Shown here in pieces: positions 14,148-14,674 of a stretch of DNA of 14,674 nucleotides (the stretch's first letter is position 1; each line of letters starts with the position of its first letter). Origin of the DNA: an uncultured archaeon (GTDB lineage Archaea; Iainarchaeota; Iainarchaeia; Iainarchaeales; CSSED10-239). The stretch lies in contig CAZPGO010000007.1 in NCBI GenBank assembly GCA_964586355.1, positions 1-14,674 on the forward strand, written 5' to 3'. Under the pieces are notes generated by a model. That model saw only the letters and a list, made by a program, of their open reading frames with translations, was not told the origin of the DNA and searched no databases. A program made the position numbers and the translations under genes.

Positions 14148-14674
14148 ATGATTAAAAAAAATTCTCTTAATAAGAGGGGGCAAGTAAGTGCACCTTTTGA
14201 AGTTTTGGTTGCTGTGGTTTTAATGGGCTTTGTTATTGTTGCTGGTTCTTTTGCTCTAAGTAATCTTTCTCAAAATGTTTGTATTGGTAATAAAAGATCT
14301 GATCTAAGTAATTTTAAGGAGGCTTTAAGGGATGTTGTTTTAGGTTCTGATCTTGTAATAAGAAACATTAATTTTCAAACAAAGGCTTGTTTTAATGAAA
14401 GGCATGAAACTATACAATTAAACACATATTCTGACCCTTCTAGATGTACTGCTTATTGTGGTGGTGGTACTACTTGTATGCTTTTAGAGTATATTTATGA
14501 AGATTTAGATAAGTCTATAAGAATGCAGCCAATTGATCCTATCTGTATGGATCTTACAACTAGTATTGAGTTTGGAACAGATAGTGAGTGTTTAGTTTTA
14601 GATGATGATACAGATCTTTGGGAAGCAATAGATCCCTCTGGAACATCAATAAGACCAGGTATATATAAAATATT
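14148..14674 (+). CDS. Pilin-like protein with a class III signal peptide, partial (runs off the window end; not in the ORF track)
   Basis: My translation is MIKKNSLNKRGQ|VSAPFEVLVAVVLMGFVIVAGSFALSNLSQNVCIGNKRSDL...SRCTAYCGGGTTCMLLEY...PGIYKI, with no stop in 175 codons. It has a canonical KRGQ plus hydrophobic-helix start and at least 8 Cys in the visible mature part. Confidence 0.65.
   Translation, partial: MIKKNSLNKRGQVSAPFEVLVAVVLMGFVIVAGSFALSNLSQNVCIGNKRSDLSNFKEALRDVVLGSDLVIRNINFQTKACFNERHETIQLNTYSDPSRCTAYCGGGTTCMLLEYIYEDLDKSIRMQPIDPICMDLTTSIEFGTDSECLVLDDDTDLWEAIDPSGTSIRPGIYKI

Noticed and set aside
1-14674. tRNA, rRNA, CRISPR arrays, transposase or integrase genes, and known defence-system genes
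   Set aside because: I found no T-loop-type GTTCRAATC motifs, no regularly spaced direct repeats, no rRNA-like GC-rich blocks and no ORF with recognisable transposase, integrase or nuclease-helicase motifs.

Overview
This is a very AT-rich (roughly 27-30% G+C by eye), gene-dense fragment that reads as archaeal. The evidence is an archaeal-type S-adenosylmethionine synthetase, several proteins with class III (KGQ-type) prepilin signal peptides, a FlaJ/TadC-like platform protein, TATA-like boxes and oligo-T gene ends. The composition and compact proteins resemble small-genome (DPANN-like) archaea, but taxonomy cannot be proven from this window. Layout, left to right: (1) the last 10 codons of an unidentified gene, a hairpin with a T-tract, and about 470 nt of T-rich non-coding DNA. 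(2) A roughly 245-codon gene broken by two +1 frameshifts, both at poly-A runs (529-1271). (3) A decayed fragment of a nitroreductase gene (1272 to about 1480, minus strand), colinear with the intact nitroreductase 2.02 kb downstream. (4) An orphan 517-aa basic protein with internal repeats (1735-3288). (5) A minus-strand block: a 52-aa ribbon-helix-helix protein not in the ORF track (6132-6290), a CPA-type cation/H+ antiporter, two cysteine-rich exported proteins sharing a near-identical 118-bp leader cassette, and the nitroreductase. (6) The archaeal SAM synthetase, with repeated operator-like boxes in the divergent promoter it shares with the RHH gene. (7) A 149-bp element bounded by a perfect 13-bp inverted repeat, and a small GC-rich island. 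(8) A zinc-ribbon protein with a long disordered tail. (9) A translationally coupled ferredoxin and endonuclease IV pair. (10) A type IV pilus-like locus (9861 to the window end): an oversized FlaJ/TadC-like platform protein, four pilin-like ORFs with class III signal peptides (one is partial and absent from the ORF track) and an unknown polytopic membrane protein. No assembly ATPase or prepilin peptidase is visible. The most interesting candidates are the pilus-like locus and the shared-leader, cysteine-rich tandem pair next to the nitroreductase. I saw no tRNA, rRNA, CRISPR array or recognisable transposase.
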